Assembly (NCBI RefSeq): GCF_006345805.1
Contig: NC_043010.1
Coordinates: 54,374,001 to 54,438,000 of the forward strand
From: Octopus sinensis
Lineage: Eukaryota
Direction of reading: 5' to 3'
DNA length: 64,000 bases
The translations under genes were made by a program, and so were the position numbers. The stretch's first letter is position 1, and each line of letters opens with the position of its first letter. Below are positions 25,980 through 38,040 of the stretch, in pieces. Below the pieces are notes generated by a model. That model was not told the DNA's origin. It made no database searches and saw only the letters and a program-made list of their open reading frames with translations.

Positions 25980-26040
<61 letters not shown>

Positions 26041-26270
26041 GGAAAAACAAGTGAAGATAGAAAATGCTAAAATAATTATATAAAGAACATTTCAGTACCG
26101 GTTTCCGTCATTTGAGACCTTTTCAACTCTAACAATTAAATAATTAAATTTAGAAAAATTGAAAGAAAAGTTTTTTTTTTAAAGAATATTTGTAGTGTTC
26201 AAATATAAGTGGCATTTTCCTTGTTTCTGCCTTTCTCTGTCTCTCTTGTTTACACTTGTGGGTTCAACGT
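26041..26270 (-). mobile_element. TA-embedded element with a decayed minimal hammerhead (Penelope-like remnant)
   Basis: Minus strand 26128-26091: ttgaaaa-ggtc-tcaaat-gacg-GAAA-ccgg-TA-ctgaa. Confidence 0.45.
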
Positions 26271-26277
26271 CCATATA

Positions 26278-26334
<57 letters not shown>

Positions 26335-26341
<7 letters not shown>

Positions 26342-26392
26342 TTCTATGTTTTACAAACAGAGGCTGGGGACATGCTGGTGCGCTGCCTTTAG

Positions 26393-26424
<32 letters not shown>

Positions 26425-27075
26425 TTCTATGTTTTACAAACAGAGGCTGGGGCCATGCTGATGCACCGCCTTTAGTACATCCGGGGATTTTTACAGTATT
26501 GCTTCTGTTGAAGTAAGAAGTTGAACGTTGCTGCTCTTCTGTGTGCCTCGTACCGCGCTGTAGTTTCATCCAGTATTGCTGATGAAAACTGTCCTCCTTT
26601 GTAGACAAAGCAAATTACTTCTTCTTTTAACATTTTAGGAGATGCAATGCATTGAACGGAATTCTGGAAAAGCATTTGCAGTGATTTTGCAAGAGCTTTC
26701 TTGCATGATTTTAGCTGAATTTTGAGAGTCCTTCTAATCCAATTTCAGTGTTTGGCTCTATCTCGTCAATGGGCGGCAATACATCATCTTCTGTAGTATC
26801 AAAATAATTTATGGCCGCCTTTTTTCTCATGTAGGTTTGAGAGGTTGAAGAACTCATCAGGTCTGCTTATATTCATGTTTTCTAGTGGGAAGGTGAAGAC
26901 ATTTTGTAATTATTTATTGAGTGCTTCACTTATCATTTTGGGGACTGCAGTCAGTGAGCCCTTTTCTTCAAACAGTGGCCATATCCATAATCTCACTGAA
27001 GCAGACTCTTTTGTGAACTTGTAGAAGGCTTTAGTGATTCTTTTCATATATTCCGTCGGCCTGGCTTCTCTGTTT
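26335..27075 (-). mobile_element. internally deleted CR1-like LINE remnant with a duplicated 3' tail
   Basis: Minus frames give KAFYKFTK...PLFEEKGSL...EALNK*LQNVFT and LKSCKKALAKSLQMLFQNS...LKEEVICFVYKGG (region before the RT domain), joined to the tail ctaaaggcggtgcatcagcatggccccagcc, which is present twice. Confidence 0.8.
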
Positions 27076-27084
27076 ACCCACATT

Positions 27085-27250
27085 TACTGAAAACAAAACA
27101 CGACGATAGGTGTCGGAACAGCTAACATGCACACTAGTTTAACGCTCGGGAAAAATGGAAAAAGTATTTTACGTTTAGAGCCTACGCTTTTCGAAAGAAA
27201 AAATTGAGGGAGAGAATTAAAAACAACCGACAGAGAAAAACTGCGAAGAG
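27085..27250 (-). mobile_element. family D repeat (degenerate hammerhead-like motif)
   Basis: Reverse complement of the agagcgtaggctcgaaacgtaaaagac family seen at 49.6, 50.0 and 61.8 kb. Confidence 0.65.
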
Positions 27251-27974
27251 TTCAGCCGTCCAACATGGTGAAATGACTGGAAAAAACAGTTTGAACGAAA
27301 AGAGAGATAATAAAGGATGTGACTCGGAAAATAAAAGTTGAATGAAAGGGAGATGATAATAAAAAAGTTATTGGTGAACTAAAGTGCGCAATCAGTTAAT
27401 GTGTGCTTGTTCGGGCAGTCTCTGCACATGTGTATGTATGTGTGTGTGTCTGTGACCAAAACCTGTGAATGTGTGTAGTGTATGTTTGCGGGCGAAAGTT
27501 ATGTTTTCCTATGCGACACACACATCCACAAATATATACACATGTATATACATCTGTATTCGTTTCCATATCTTTATGAATCTATTTATATATACATATG
27601 TAAGTATGTATGCATGTACGTATGGATGTTTCTGCCTTAAGGCTTTTACAGTTCATACACGCCAGCTTAATTTGATTCGTCGTCAGTCGAAAGACACCTG
27701 TCGTTATAGTGTTGGTGTTTGTATTTGCAATTGTGTACAATGTTATCGGGTTTTGGCCTTTGCTGTGGCGCACATTCGCTAATTTCTTACAAAAACCTAA
27801 TGTTCTTAGCTTTCTTTTTTGGGTGGGAGGCACGAATGACCTCTCCTTTTTTCCTGTCCGCCTATGTACGCTTGATTTGTGGTCATCTGTTCCATTTTGT
27901 TCCATTTTATATACATATATACACACACATATATACCATGGACATACGCACTATATATTCGTTCTTAACTTGTT

Positions 27975-28200
27975 TATTACTCTTCTTATATTAAACCAGG
28001 TCCATTCTTCCGCAAGTTTGTCGTCAGTCATCTGTGAACTCTTCAGCGACACTTTTCTTCATCGTGTGTGCTTTTGATGCTTTTATTCCAATGGAATAAG
28101 AGGAGCAATTGCACACAAGAGGCGTCGCTGAAGAGGTCACACATATGTGATGAAAGATATCCGGATAACGGGCATTAGTTAGAATATGAAGAACGATTAT
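27975..28200. mobile_element. old inverted pair with a decayed hammerhead motif
   Basis: 28033-28052 pairs with 28122-28141 (18 of 20); CTGAAGA 28128-28134, stem gtcaca/tgtgat, GAAA 28152-28155. Confidence 0.45.
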
Positions 28201-28219
28201 ATACATATATATATATATA

Positions 28220-28368
28220 TATGGCCTCTTTCACTTTCCGTCTAACAAGTCCACCCACAAGGCTTTAGTCGGCGGAAAGCTACAGCAGAAGACACTTTTC
28301 CCATGGTGCCACGTAGTAGGACTGAACTCGGAACCATGTGGTTGGGAGGCAAGCTTCCTACCACATAG
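28220..28368 (-). mobile_element. group C SINE head fragment
   Basis: ctttcactttccgtc...gactgaactcggaaccatgtggttggg. Confidence 0.8.
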
Positions 28369-28417
28369 ATACGTTTTCGCTTATATTTACAATAATAATA
28401 ATAACAACAACAATAAT

Positions 28418-28612
28418 AGTTAGTTAGTTAGTTAGTTAGTTAATTTGGCTCAAAAGCAAATAGCAAGGCCATGTAGGGGGACAAGGAGTTAAGTACAGGG
28501 TGGTGTTCGTGTAAAGAGTTCAGGCCACTTGAGGTCCAGGGAGGCTTTGAACAAAGCGGTCGTCGGCATCTTCACCATCTCGTCTGGCAGCTTGTTCCAC
28601 GGATCCGCAACC
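28418..28612 (-). mobile_element. CR1/L2-type LINE 3' end with (TAAC)n tail
   Basis: The minus strand encodes RVADPWNKLPDEMVKMPTTALFKASLDLKWPELF (typical WNxLP...FKxxLD terminus), then a short UTR and taactaactaac. Confidence 0.85.
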
Positions 28613-28786
28613 CGTCAGTCGAAAGACACCTGTCGTTATAGTGTTGTTGTTTTTATTTGCAATTGTGTACAATGTTATCGGGTTTTGGCCTTTGCTGTGG
28701 CGCACAATCGCTAATTTCTTACAAAAACCTAATGTTCTTAGCTTTCTTTTTTAATAATAATAATGTGTTATATGGAATAGTTTGAG

Positions 28787-28871
<85 letters not shown>

Positions 28872-29408
28872 TGTGTGTATCTATGTATGCATGTATGCAG
28901 GTATCTATGTATGTATAAATATGTCTACACACACACACACACACACAACACACACACACTATATATATATATATATATATATATATCCATATGTATGCTC
29001 ATTAAATCTTCAAAGAGAGGGAGAGTGAGAGAGAGAGCGAGAGCGTGAGAGAGGGAGAGAGCTAGAGAGATAGTTGTTCGCGAATGTGAAGGATTACTAA
29101 AGAGATTGTCAGGAAGATATAGTTGTCATCGAGAATAGACAACTTTGTTACGTTATCTCAAACGCACTAAATCACTGTTAACTGTACTGTCCAGCTTTCA
29201 GAACATCCCACACTGTCATTTCTAAATTCTAGCCACCATCTGCTTGTTATTACCCAACTCTTGTATGATACCCAAACCTTACTGCTCATTCACTTTCTCC
29301 TTAACGTCATTTATCTCTACATACCTCTCCCTCTTATTCTGTCAATGTTTGCATAATGATTATCTATCTTGCTCCGTCTCTTTCTCTCTCTGTCTCACTC
29401 ATCGTATT

Positions 29409-29440
<32 letters not shown>

Positions 29441-30213
29441 TATGTGTGTGTGTGTATGTGTTTGCATGCGTGTGTGTATTTCTCCACGTACACATTGTCT
29501 ATTCTGGTTATTTGTTGGGAAATAAGTCAAGATTATAACAATCCCAGTGATTACATTTAATCCAGAGAAAGCAAAGCAATGCATACTAGTCTGACATGAG
29601 ATAAGAGTACTCGCGATTCTGATCAAACAGTCCAAAAATATAAATTATCCTCAGAATCATCTCAATTCCATGTGGGACAGAACTGAATCCTGAATATTGT
29701 TATATCAGCAGAAAAGATCTACGATCTTAATCTTGATTACGCAAGACACATTCCTATACAAATATATGCGCGCGTAAGTTATATATATATATATATTTAC
29801 ACGTAAACACAAGCACACACGCACGTATATGTATGCATTTATATATGCCTGATTTTAAATGTATAAATGTGCATGAATATATGTGCGTGCATCTGTGTGT
29901 TTGTTCCTCAAGTGTAATGGTACTATGTGACATAAGTTCATTCAAGGTATACAGTAGATTTCAGTGGTTATCAGACTATATATATCCTATGCAATGCAGA
30001 CAATCTGTTACTCAGTAAAATGCTAGGACTAAAATATTCAAATATATGGTCATTTATTTTCACTAAAAAGAATGGCCTGGCGGCTTTTAAATGAGCTCGT
30101 TGGCTATGTAGGAGTGTGGCAGCTATGGGATATGTCTTAATTCCATTGTAAAGATTTCACACATACACAAATACGCGCACGTATGCACAGACGCAGATGT
30201 ACATATATATATA

Positions 30214-30246
<33 letters not shown>

Positions 30247-31189
30247 AGTGGTGATATGAAATACCACTACGAGGGGTTATGTGAAATAGCACCACCCTGA
30301 ATAAATCGACCCACAAATAAATATGTAAAAGTACAAAATCATGGTGGAATTCCAGCATGACCGCACACATGTGGCTCAAACGAATAAACGAATGAAATAA
30401 TATATATATTCATCGATTTCCTCACGTTGTAATATACTACATCCTACGTTTCGCTTTGCTTTATGTTATTTTAATGGTTGTTTTGTTGGTCATTTCTGTG
30501 AAGAGGAAATTTATAGCAGGAAGTCAGATGATTTTCTGAAGCTCATTTTATTAAAAAATGTGATAATAAAACCTGAATTCCATATGGCAAAATTAATCTA
30601 CAACAACTCTGTTATCGTTAGCTAACGACAAGCCTTAACATGTCCCACAAACATTTCTTATTCTGAGTAATCAGAAAATATATTTTCACCTGACTCGATA
30701 CACTATACATGCAGGGGATTATCGTGCTGTTTATTACATAGTTATGGCTACATCTCAAATTAGAATTACGACCTTGCATAAAATATATATTCACACTCGG
30801 AAGTAGTAGTTCCTAACTAACTATATATATTTACGAATCACTGTTGTCATATCAACATAATTTTAGCCCTGGGTTAAAATCACGGTACTAAAATCAAAAG
30901 TTAAAAATAAATGAAGTCTTATATTACATTGTCGTTGTGGTTATTAATATACTGTTTATTTATTTCGCAGTTGGACATTATTCGTAGTTGTACTGGACAA
31001 AATATGAGTGATAATTAAGTGTCGGGTAATTAAATTTTTAACGCCCACGGTGGTATATTTTTAATTGTAATTAAATATAAATATCGATCCTGTTAATATT
31101 TTGCTACATATTTTTCGCTTCCCACACTTTTGCATATTTAGTATAACTTTTACACATCATTCAGACGTGTCAGCTTATTTTAAACAGGT

Positions 31190-31380
31190 TTCAATATTTG
31201 GTACAAGGTCAGTAATTTTAGGGGAAGGGTAAGTCGATTACATCGACCCCAGTGTTCAACTTGTATTCATTTTGTCATCTCCGAAACGATGAAAGGCAAA
31301 GATGACCTCGGGTAAATTTAACACAGATAGTAAAGGGGACAAAATGCCGGTAAGCATTATATCTGGATTTTCTCGCGGTC
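31190..31380 (-). mobile_element. group A SINE, diverged
   Basis: aagtcgattacatcgaccccagtg...gatgaaaggcaaagatgacctcgg. Confidence 0.75.
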
Positions 31381-32627
31381 CTGCAAAATCACCATCTTCA
31401 TTCTATTAAAAATATTAATAAACTTACAAAACTGGATGCAATATTTTCAGCTGTCTTATTTCAAACACAACTTGGCAAACATCGGTACTGGAGCTTAGCA
31501 CACTTACATGGCATAAGGTCACCTAATAGGCTAAAGAAACATAAAATATTGTGTTTTCTTCACTATATATAGGGTTTTACACTCATGTGTCCTTTGTCAA
31601 TTTTCGCCATCAAGAGTTTTGTTCTTATAAGAATGTTCACTGAATAATTCAGGGCTGGAAATAAAATAAATACTGCTGAGGACACTTAAGCCATGCGGTC
31701 AATGTCATAGCATTTTAATTTTTATTCCATTAAGTACTTGTTTCCATATCAAAAACCTTGCTGCACTTCAGCCAATCATTTCAAGCACATTACGTCACTA
31801 CGCAATAATTTTTGCAATTTATACGTAGTTTGCGGTTTTCTTATATTACTAACAATCTAATTTGAATAATTTTTGCATTAGATAATTGTGTAAATACGCA
31901 TATAACCATATCAAAGTAAAGTTACTTTTCATACGGCATTTCTACATGATTTCTCCTTTAGTGTTAGAATTTAATTGAAAACTTTCTTGTGGATCGCTTA
32001 ACAAATAGCTATTCAATTTTTAGCTGACAATCTTTAATTTCAGTACGGAAACAACGGCAAATTAAGGCATTTCTTTCAAAAGGAAACTGTATTAAGACGT
32101 CATTGCTCAATTATAGCAACTTTGGTGAAAATTTTGATGTTACCGATTAAAATATCAGAAAAAAAAAAACAAATAAAATAGATCTTACGTTACTGAAAGC
32201 AAACGTTAATGGTTGTGACGAACAAGGTATTCGAATTTGATAGATTGAGTATCAAATGCATATAAAATCCAAAAGCATAGCTTTAGAAATATGAGAGAAT
32301 AATAAATGAAAGAATATTGCCGTGAAATTCTTCAAACAAAGGTATGCCTATTTTCCACCAAATCTTGTGATAATTGCTGTGCTGATTTCAACTTACTTGA
32401 CATCCCATGTTTCAGAAGGGTGTTTTAGAAGTATGATGCGAATACAACATTATTTTATTCTTTTCGTGTACGATAACGATTAAAATTTTCTATTTGAACT
32501 AGCAGTCGTAAAAACATTAAGAATCGACAATAAATTATATTAATTTTATATTATAACAAAAATTATATTTTTCCTATACGTACATACACACATGCATGTA
32601 TAAATGCATATATATATATATATATAT

Positions 32628-32673
<46 letters not shown>

Positions 32674-32690
32674 ATATATATATATATTTA

Positions 32691-33470
32691 TTAATCAATA
32701 TAGGGTGGCAAAAAATTTTGTAGAATTTTTGCCACCAGCGGCCTAGTGGGAAAAAAATTAATAGTCATAGACCATTTTTAAGTTCAACATCACGATCAAG
32801 GAACGGCCATAATAGGCCATTCACCCACTAGAAATAACACCCAAAGCTTCAACCGCAAAATAACATTAATTCCGTAAACCAGGAGAAAATTAAAAAACAT
32901 TTACCCTGTAATTTCTTATACGATGCACCGTTTCATCTACTGTTTAATGGTAAACTAACCTGATTAAATCACATCCTTGATTGTGATGTTGAACTTAAAA
33001 ATGGTCTATGACTATTTAATTTTTTCCCACTAGGCCGCTGGTGGCAAAAAAATTCTACAAAATTTTTTGCCACCCTATATTGATTAATTATGAATTTTCT
33101 GGTTAATTCCGTAATGGAATCGGCGGCTTATATTTATTTGCTGCCGATAAATTTGGCGCGAGTGCGATGATTTGAAAATTTTAGGTCAGATATTGCCGAG
33201 GCAGGGACCGAAATGCCTCGTGAAAATATCTGTTCCGATCTGGCTATTTCTTACTGACGAATCTAAGGGCCTATGGAAGATGGCTTGATTTAATTTAATC
33301 AGGTTAGTTTACCATTAAACAGTAGATGAAACGGTGCATCGTATAAGAAATTACAGGGTAAATGTTTTTTAATTTTCTCCTGGTTACGGAATTATGTTAT
33401 TTTGCGGTTGAAGCTTTGGCTGTTATTTCTAGTGGGTGAATGGCCTATTATGGCCGTTCCTTGATTGTGA
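32691..33470 (+). mobile_element. young non-coding hammerhead element (retrozyme / Penelope pseudo-LTR-like), A-B-A'-C-B' architecture, in (TA)n
   Basis: A 32691-32802 is the reverse complement of A' 32974-33087; B 32790-32969 is the reverse complement of B' 33293-33470; tccttgattgtgat recurs at 32974 and 33458 (period 484). Confidence 0.8.
33246..33351 (+). ncRNA. canonical type I hammerhead ribozyme with a 57-nt stem II insertion
   Basis: Stem I ATTTCTTA/TAAGAAAT (8 bp); CTGACGA 33254-33260; stem II ATCTA/TAGAT; GAAA 33328-33331; stem III ACGG[TGCA]TCGT; GUA triplet with predicted cleavage after 33343. Confidence 0.85.
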
Positions 33471-33488
33471 TATATATATATATATATT

Positions 33489-33519
<31 letters not shown>

Positions 33520-33568
33520 CATATACACACATATATATATATATATATTATATATATATATAATATAT

Positions 33569-33613
<45 letters not shown>

Positions 33614-34160
33614 GTATGTATTTATGTTTGCACACAAACACACACAGATACATTCTTATACATACAAGCGAGTGAGACACAGAAAGAGAAGGCGAGAGGG
33701 TGAGAGAGAAAGTGATTAAGGTTTTGCACTAAAATTCTGAGTTGCCGTTTCGTTATCCATACCAGGTGGCACGTGGTATTCTCGAGTGCATCACAACATT
33801 TCACACTTATTCAATCCCCTATACTGTGACGGACTGGCATCCCGTTCATTGGATGCGTGGGCTTGTACGCCTAAACTGCGAAATAACATGAATCAAAAAT
33901 TGAAAGGTGGGGAAGCGCAATGTTTCCCCAGCGGTGCATGCAGTGATATACAGCAATACACACGCACACACACACACACACACACACATTCAATCACACA
34001 CACACATAAAATTACAAAATAAACCTGCAAAGACATCACAAAAGCTGTGAGTAAGAGTGTTTGTGATGTCATTGAGGCTTTTTTAATAATATATTACTCT
34101 ACCTCCGGTATTCGAATATTATATTTTGCTCCTTGTTTCACATTTATGTGCTTACTCTGG

Positions 34161-34236
<76 letters not shown>

Positions 34237-34287
34237 TGTATGTATGTATGTATATATACAGCAATAACAAATTGGAGGAATGTCGCT

Positions 34288-34466
34288 GTATAAATTAGGG
34301 GTAAAAAACTATTTTACCCTCACTCATTTATTACGTTGAGTAGTGTAATTGTCGTGCAAATAAAAAGAAACACTTGTGCATTAATAATTGGGTAGTCTAC
34401 CAGCAGTACATTGGATAGATATTATCCCTTCGTTGGTTGGATTAACAACCTCTAACTCTTTTTGGA

Positions 34467-34468
<2 letters not shown>
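34288..34468 (+). mobile_element. family E repeat, diverged
   Basis: taattgggtagtctaccagcagtacattggatag...aacctctaactc matches about 24790-24860. Confidence 0.6.
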
Positions 34469-34501
<33 letters not shown>

Positions 34502-34583
34502 AATAATAAATATTAGGGAATAAATCCAAATTTACAGGGAAAAATCAGATTTAGGATTAAATCCAATTTTATAGTAAAATATT

Positions 34584-34753
34584 ATATAATATTAATTCGA
34601 GACAAACCACTGTTTTGCAAAACAACAAGGAAAGACTTAATCAATACATAAACATTTTTAATATAACAATTTTTAATATAAAAATATATTAAAAATTTAT
34701 GTATTGATTAAGTCTTCCTTGTTTGTTTTGCAAAATAGTGGTTTTGTCTCGAA

Positions 34754-34765
<12 letters not shown>
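34584..34765. repeat. foldback palindrome in (TA)n
   Basis: ataatattaattcgagacaaaccactgttttgcaaaac...ttaatcaatacataaa and its reverse complement. Confidence 0.85.
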
Positions 34766-34810
<45 letters not shown>

Positions 34811-35029
34811 CAAACACACACAGTGTGCGTAAGGTATTTGAGGACACATATACTTGGGGTCATCGCTGCATTTTTTGCAAACTCTGTATAATCTTTGTTT
34901 CACGAAAACATAATGGCTGATATTCAGCTTATTCAAGAAATGATGAGGCAACGCTGTTATTGTTACTACAAAGGCTGAGCATAATGATTTAGAAATAAAT
35001 TTGCTAGATCTTTCGTCTACAAACTTTGT

Positions 35030-35380
35030 AGACGAAAGGATGAAATATAAAGTTTACGTTAGCGGAGTGTGAGCTCAGAACGTAAGGATGAACGAAATAC
35101 TGCTAAGCATTTTACCCGGCATATTAACAATTGTGCCAGCTCACTGATTTAGGTTTAGTTATTATACTGGTTTCAAATCTTGATAAAAGGTCAGCAACTT
35201 CGGGGAACGTTGTAAGTCAATTACACCATCCCAGTGCTCAACTGGTACTTATTTTATAGACCAAGTAGGATGAAAGGTAAAGTCAGCCTTGGCGGAGTCT
35301 GAGCTCAGAACGTAAGAACGGACGGAATGCCGCTAAGCATTTTTGCCTGTCATGCAAACGATCGTGCAAGCTCATCACCT
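35030..35380 (-). mobile_element. two tandem group A SINE fragments
   Basis: gagctcagaacgtaag repeated at about 35070 and 35300. Confidence 0.75.
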
Positions 35381-36653
35381 TACCTTTAGTTATTATATCA
35401 GGCAAAGAAATTTTAATTAATTAAACTGACAACATTAGTGATCAGAATATTCATTAACTTATTAACGGATTCTTGCCAAAAGTAAACTGCAGGCATAACG
35501 CGGATAATTTGACTATTCAAAATCCATTAAATATAGTCCGATTAAGGCACTCGTTTTAAATAATGCATATTCATATCATAATAAATCAGGAATATTAGCA
35601 GTCACTCTATAGTCAAATGTTCCTTTTGTAAAGCAATGGTATGAAATGTTGACACTGTGTACACCAGGCCAATATTTAAGCTGTCATAACGCTATGAGTT
35701 CATTCTTCAAAATGCATATACATCAATTCTTACCTAAGGAAAACATAAAGCTTTAGATTATTATTCGATGATGATGTCTAATACAGCTGAAACGTGCCTA
35801 AATACGGTGTTCCAATCGTGCGTAGCATACTTACCCTTCATTTTAGATTTAACTATAAATACCTGAGTTGTTTACCCTGTATTTTCTGAAAAAAAAAACT
35901 CAATCGTTACGATAATGAACGTTGTCACACTGCTATAATTACAATTTCAGATACAAATACTTATAATTTTAATTACTGACGATACGAATAATAGAGGAGT
36001 TTGCATTTTACGAAATTTATATATTCGAGAAGAAACTTTCGTCAGTCATCCTATATAAAGCCCCTGTATGTCCTTTCCCCAGTAATCCTACCCACAATTC
36101 TCAGCAATTTTCGGATCAGTGATCCCACTTTAGTAGTCGGAATCTAAGAGTAGATTGTCCCTTGTATATTATTAACCCTTGTCTCATTCGTGTTCTTTTT
36201 TAAGTACGGCAGTGTAAAGTTTTATGACGACGTTGACGACTAATGGGCTCTCGTAGAAATAAACTCTAACGGTACGTTTTGGAGATTCTTTTAGTTGCTT
36301 ATAATGTTCGGCTGCTCAGACAACTAATGAGCATACGAATGATTGACCGGAATCCAATCTTGACTATTTTCGGCCTACACTACCAGACATGTTTTTCCTT
36401 ACATTCAGTTAATTATGCGCAGCTTGATATTGTTTTTATCAAGCCTGGTGACATTTTCTCGTTACTTACTATGTGTCAGAGATAATTTCTGAGAACCATA
36501 AACATTTTTACTGGTTCTATAACTCTTGTTCTTGCTCTTGTATTAACAATATTTGTATATTGCCCCATCAATTTTCGTTGATCTATGGATTTTTGAACAG
36601 TTGGTATAACTTTAACCATAGTTATAATTTTAGTGCCTTTATATTCGTTAATG

Positions 36654-36875
36654 TGGAGGCGCGTGGATTAGTGGTTAGGGTGTTGAACTCATTATCGTAA
36701 GGTTGTGGTTTCGATTCCTGGACCGGGCGATACATTTTGTTCTTGAGCAAAACACTTCATTTTCACGTCGTTCCACTCCACTCACCTGGCAAAAATGAGT
36801 AATCCTGCAACGAACCGGCATCCCGTCCAGGTGGGGAATTTTTATGCCACTGAAACCTGGAAACCGGCCCTTAAT
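36654..36875 (+). mobile_element. older tRNA SINE with CORE-like and V-like segments
   Basis: tggaggcgcgtggattagtggttaggg...gtttcgattcctggaccggg...ttcttgagcaaaacactt...ccggcatcccgtccagg; related to 53930-54165. Confidence 0.75.
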
Positions 36876-38040
36876 GGAATATTCCTTAATTCACGCTTTT
36901 CTTTTTCAAATGATGATTCATAAAAAACGTATTGGCTTTATTGTAGTTTCTCTTTGTTTTATGCAGATTCCAGTTCAGCTTTAAGATCATAGTCCTTTTT
37001 TTCTATCTAATCTTTTCCTCAATATTCAAAACCCGAAACATTATATTCGTGCTATCGTAGACAACTATATGATAATTTAGCTTTATTCTAAATTCTTGTT
37101 TGATAATACATGCATTCACACCTCCACCCTAGAATACATCAACAGTAACAAATGACTTTTATTATACACTAAAAAAAAAGCAAATGCATAAAAACGCAAC
37201 TCTTTGCAATTCTATAGAAGATTCCCGTATAACAATGGCGCCCTTCAATTCTAAAGACCAATAAAGCTAATAATATAATGGATACATATGACCCGGTCCT
37301 TTAGCCTCCTTGTTACAGCCAGTTTAAAAGAATCGTGACGCGAATGTTTAAAGCGATTATTTAAGTTTTAGAAATTCCATTACAATAATACGCCATTTTC
37401 CCTTCCCCGTACCTGCCTCAGGACAACTTTTGTCGTTTTTAAGTCTGCTAGAGACAATTAAATCCTTCTCGACCAATAAATTCCATCTGGTTATATGAAG
37501 GTGATTTACGAGAACAAAGATCCGTTTTAAATAGGGTAAAGTATTTTTAATTAAGTATTTAAGTGAATTTCATTACAAAGCAATGGTTTCTTATTCATGG
37601 AAACTTTTCCAACTTCTAATAGACATATCTAATTTTAAATGAATAAGGTTATATAATTGCCTAACAATTTTTATCATACACCTCGCAGAAAAGTCTTATT
37701 GTATGTAATTATAAAGAATGGCATTGACTTATTCCAATAAATTATCATGCAAATGGGTTTATTAATTCTTCTTTTTGAAACGTCAATATCGGTTTTAATG
37801 TGAATATGATTTAGCATAAATATAACAGAGAAAATAAACGTATCAATGATAATGTAAATATCTCTAAAATGTCCGTGTTTATTTCAAATGATAATGCTTA
37901 TCGTCGCTTATTTATCGATATTAAAGGACATAAATTATAAAAGCTGTAATTTAATTGTTAGGTTTCTGTCTTTATTTTGTTTTGGGATTTCGTACCAGAA
38001 ATAGGGTCATGCCTGTAACAAAACTGATAAAATTACTCAC

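Larger units (their letters stand above)
27681..28752. repeat. 140-bp direct duplication (27681-27820 / 28613-28752)
   Basis: Only 3 mismatches seen between the copies. Confidence 0.92.
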
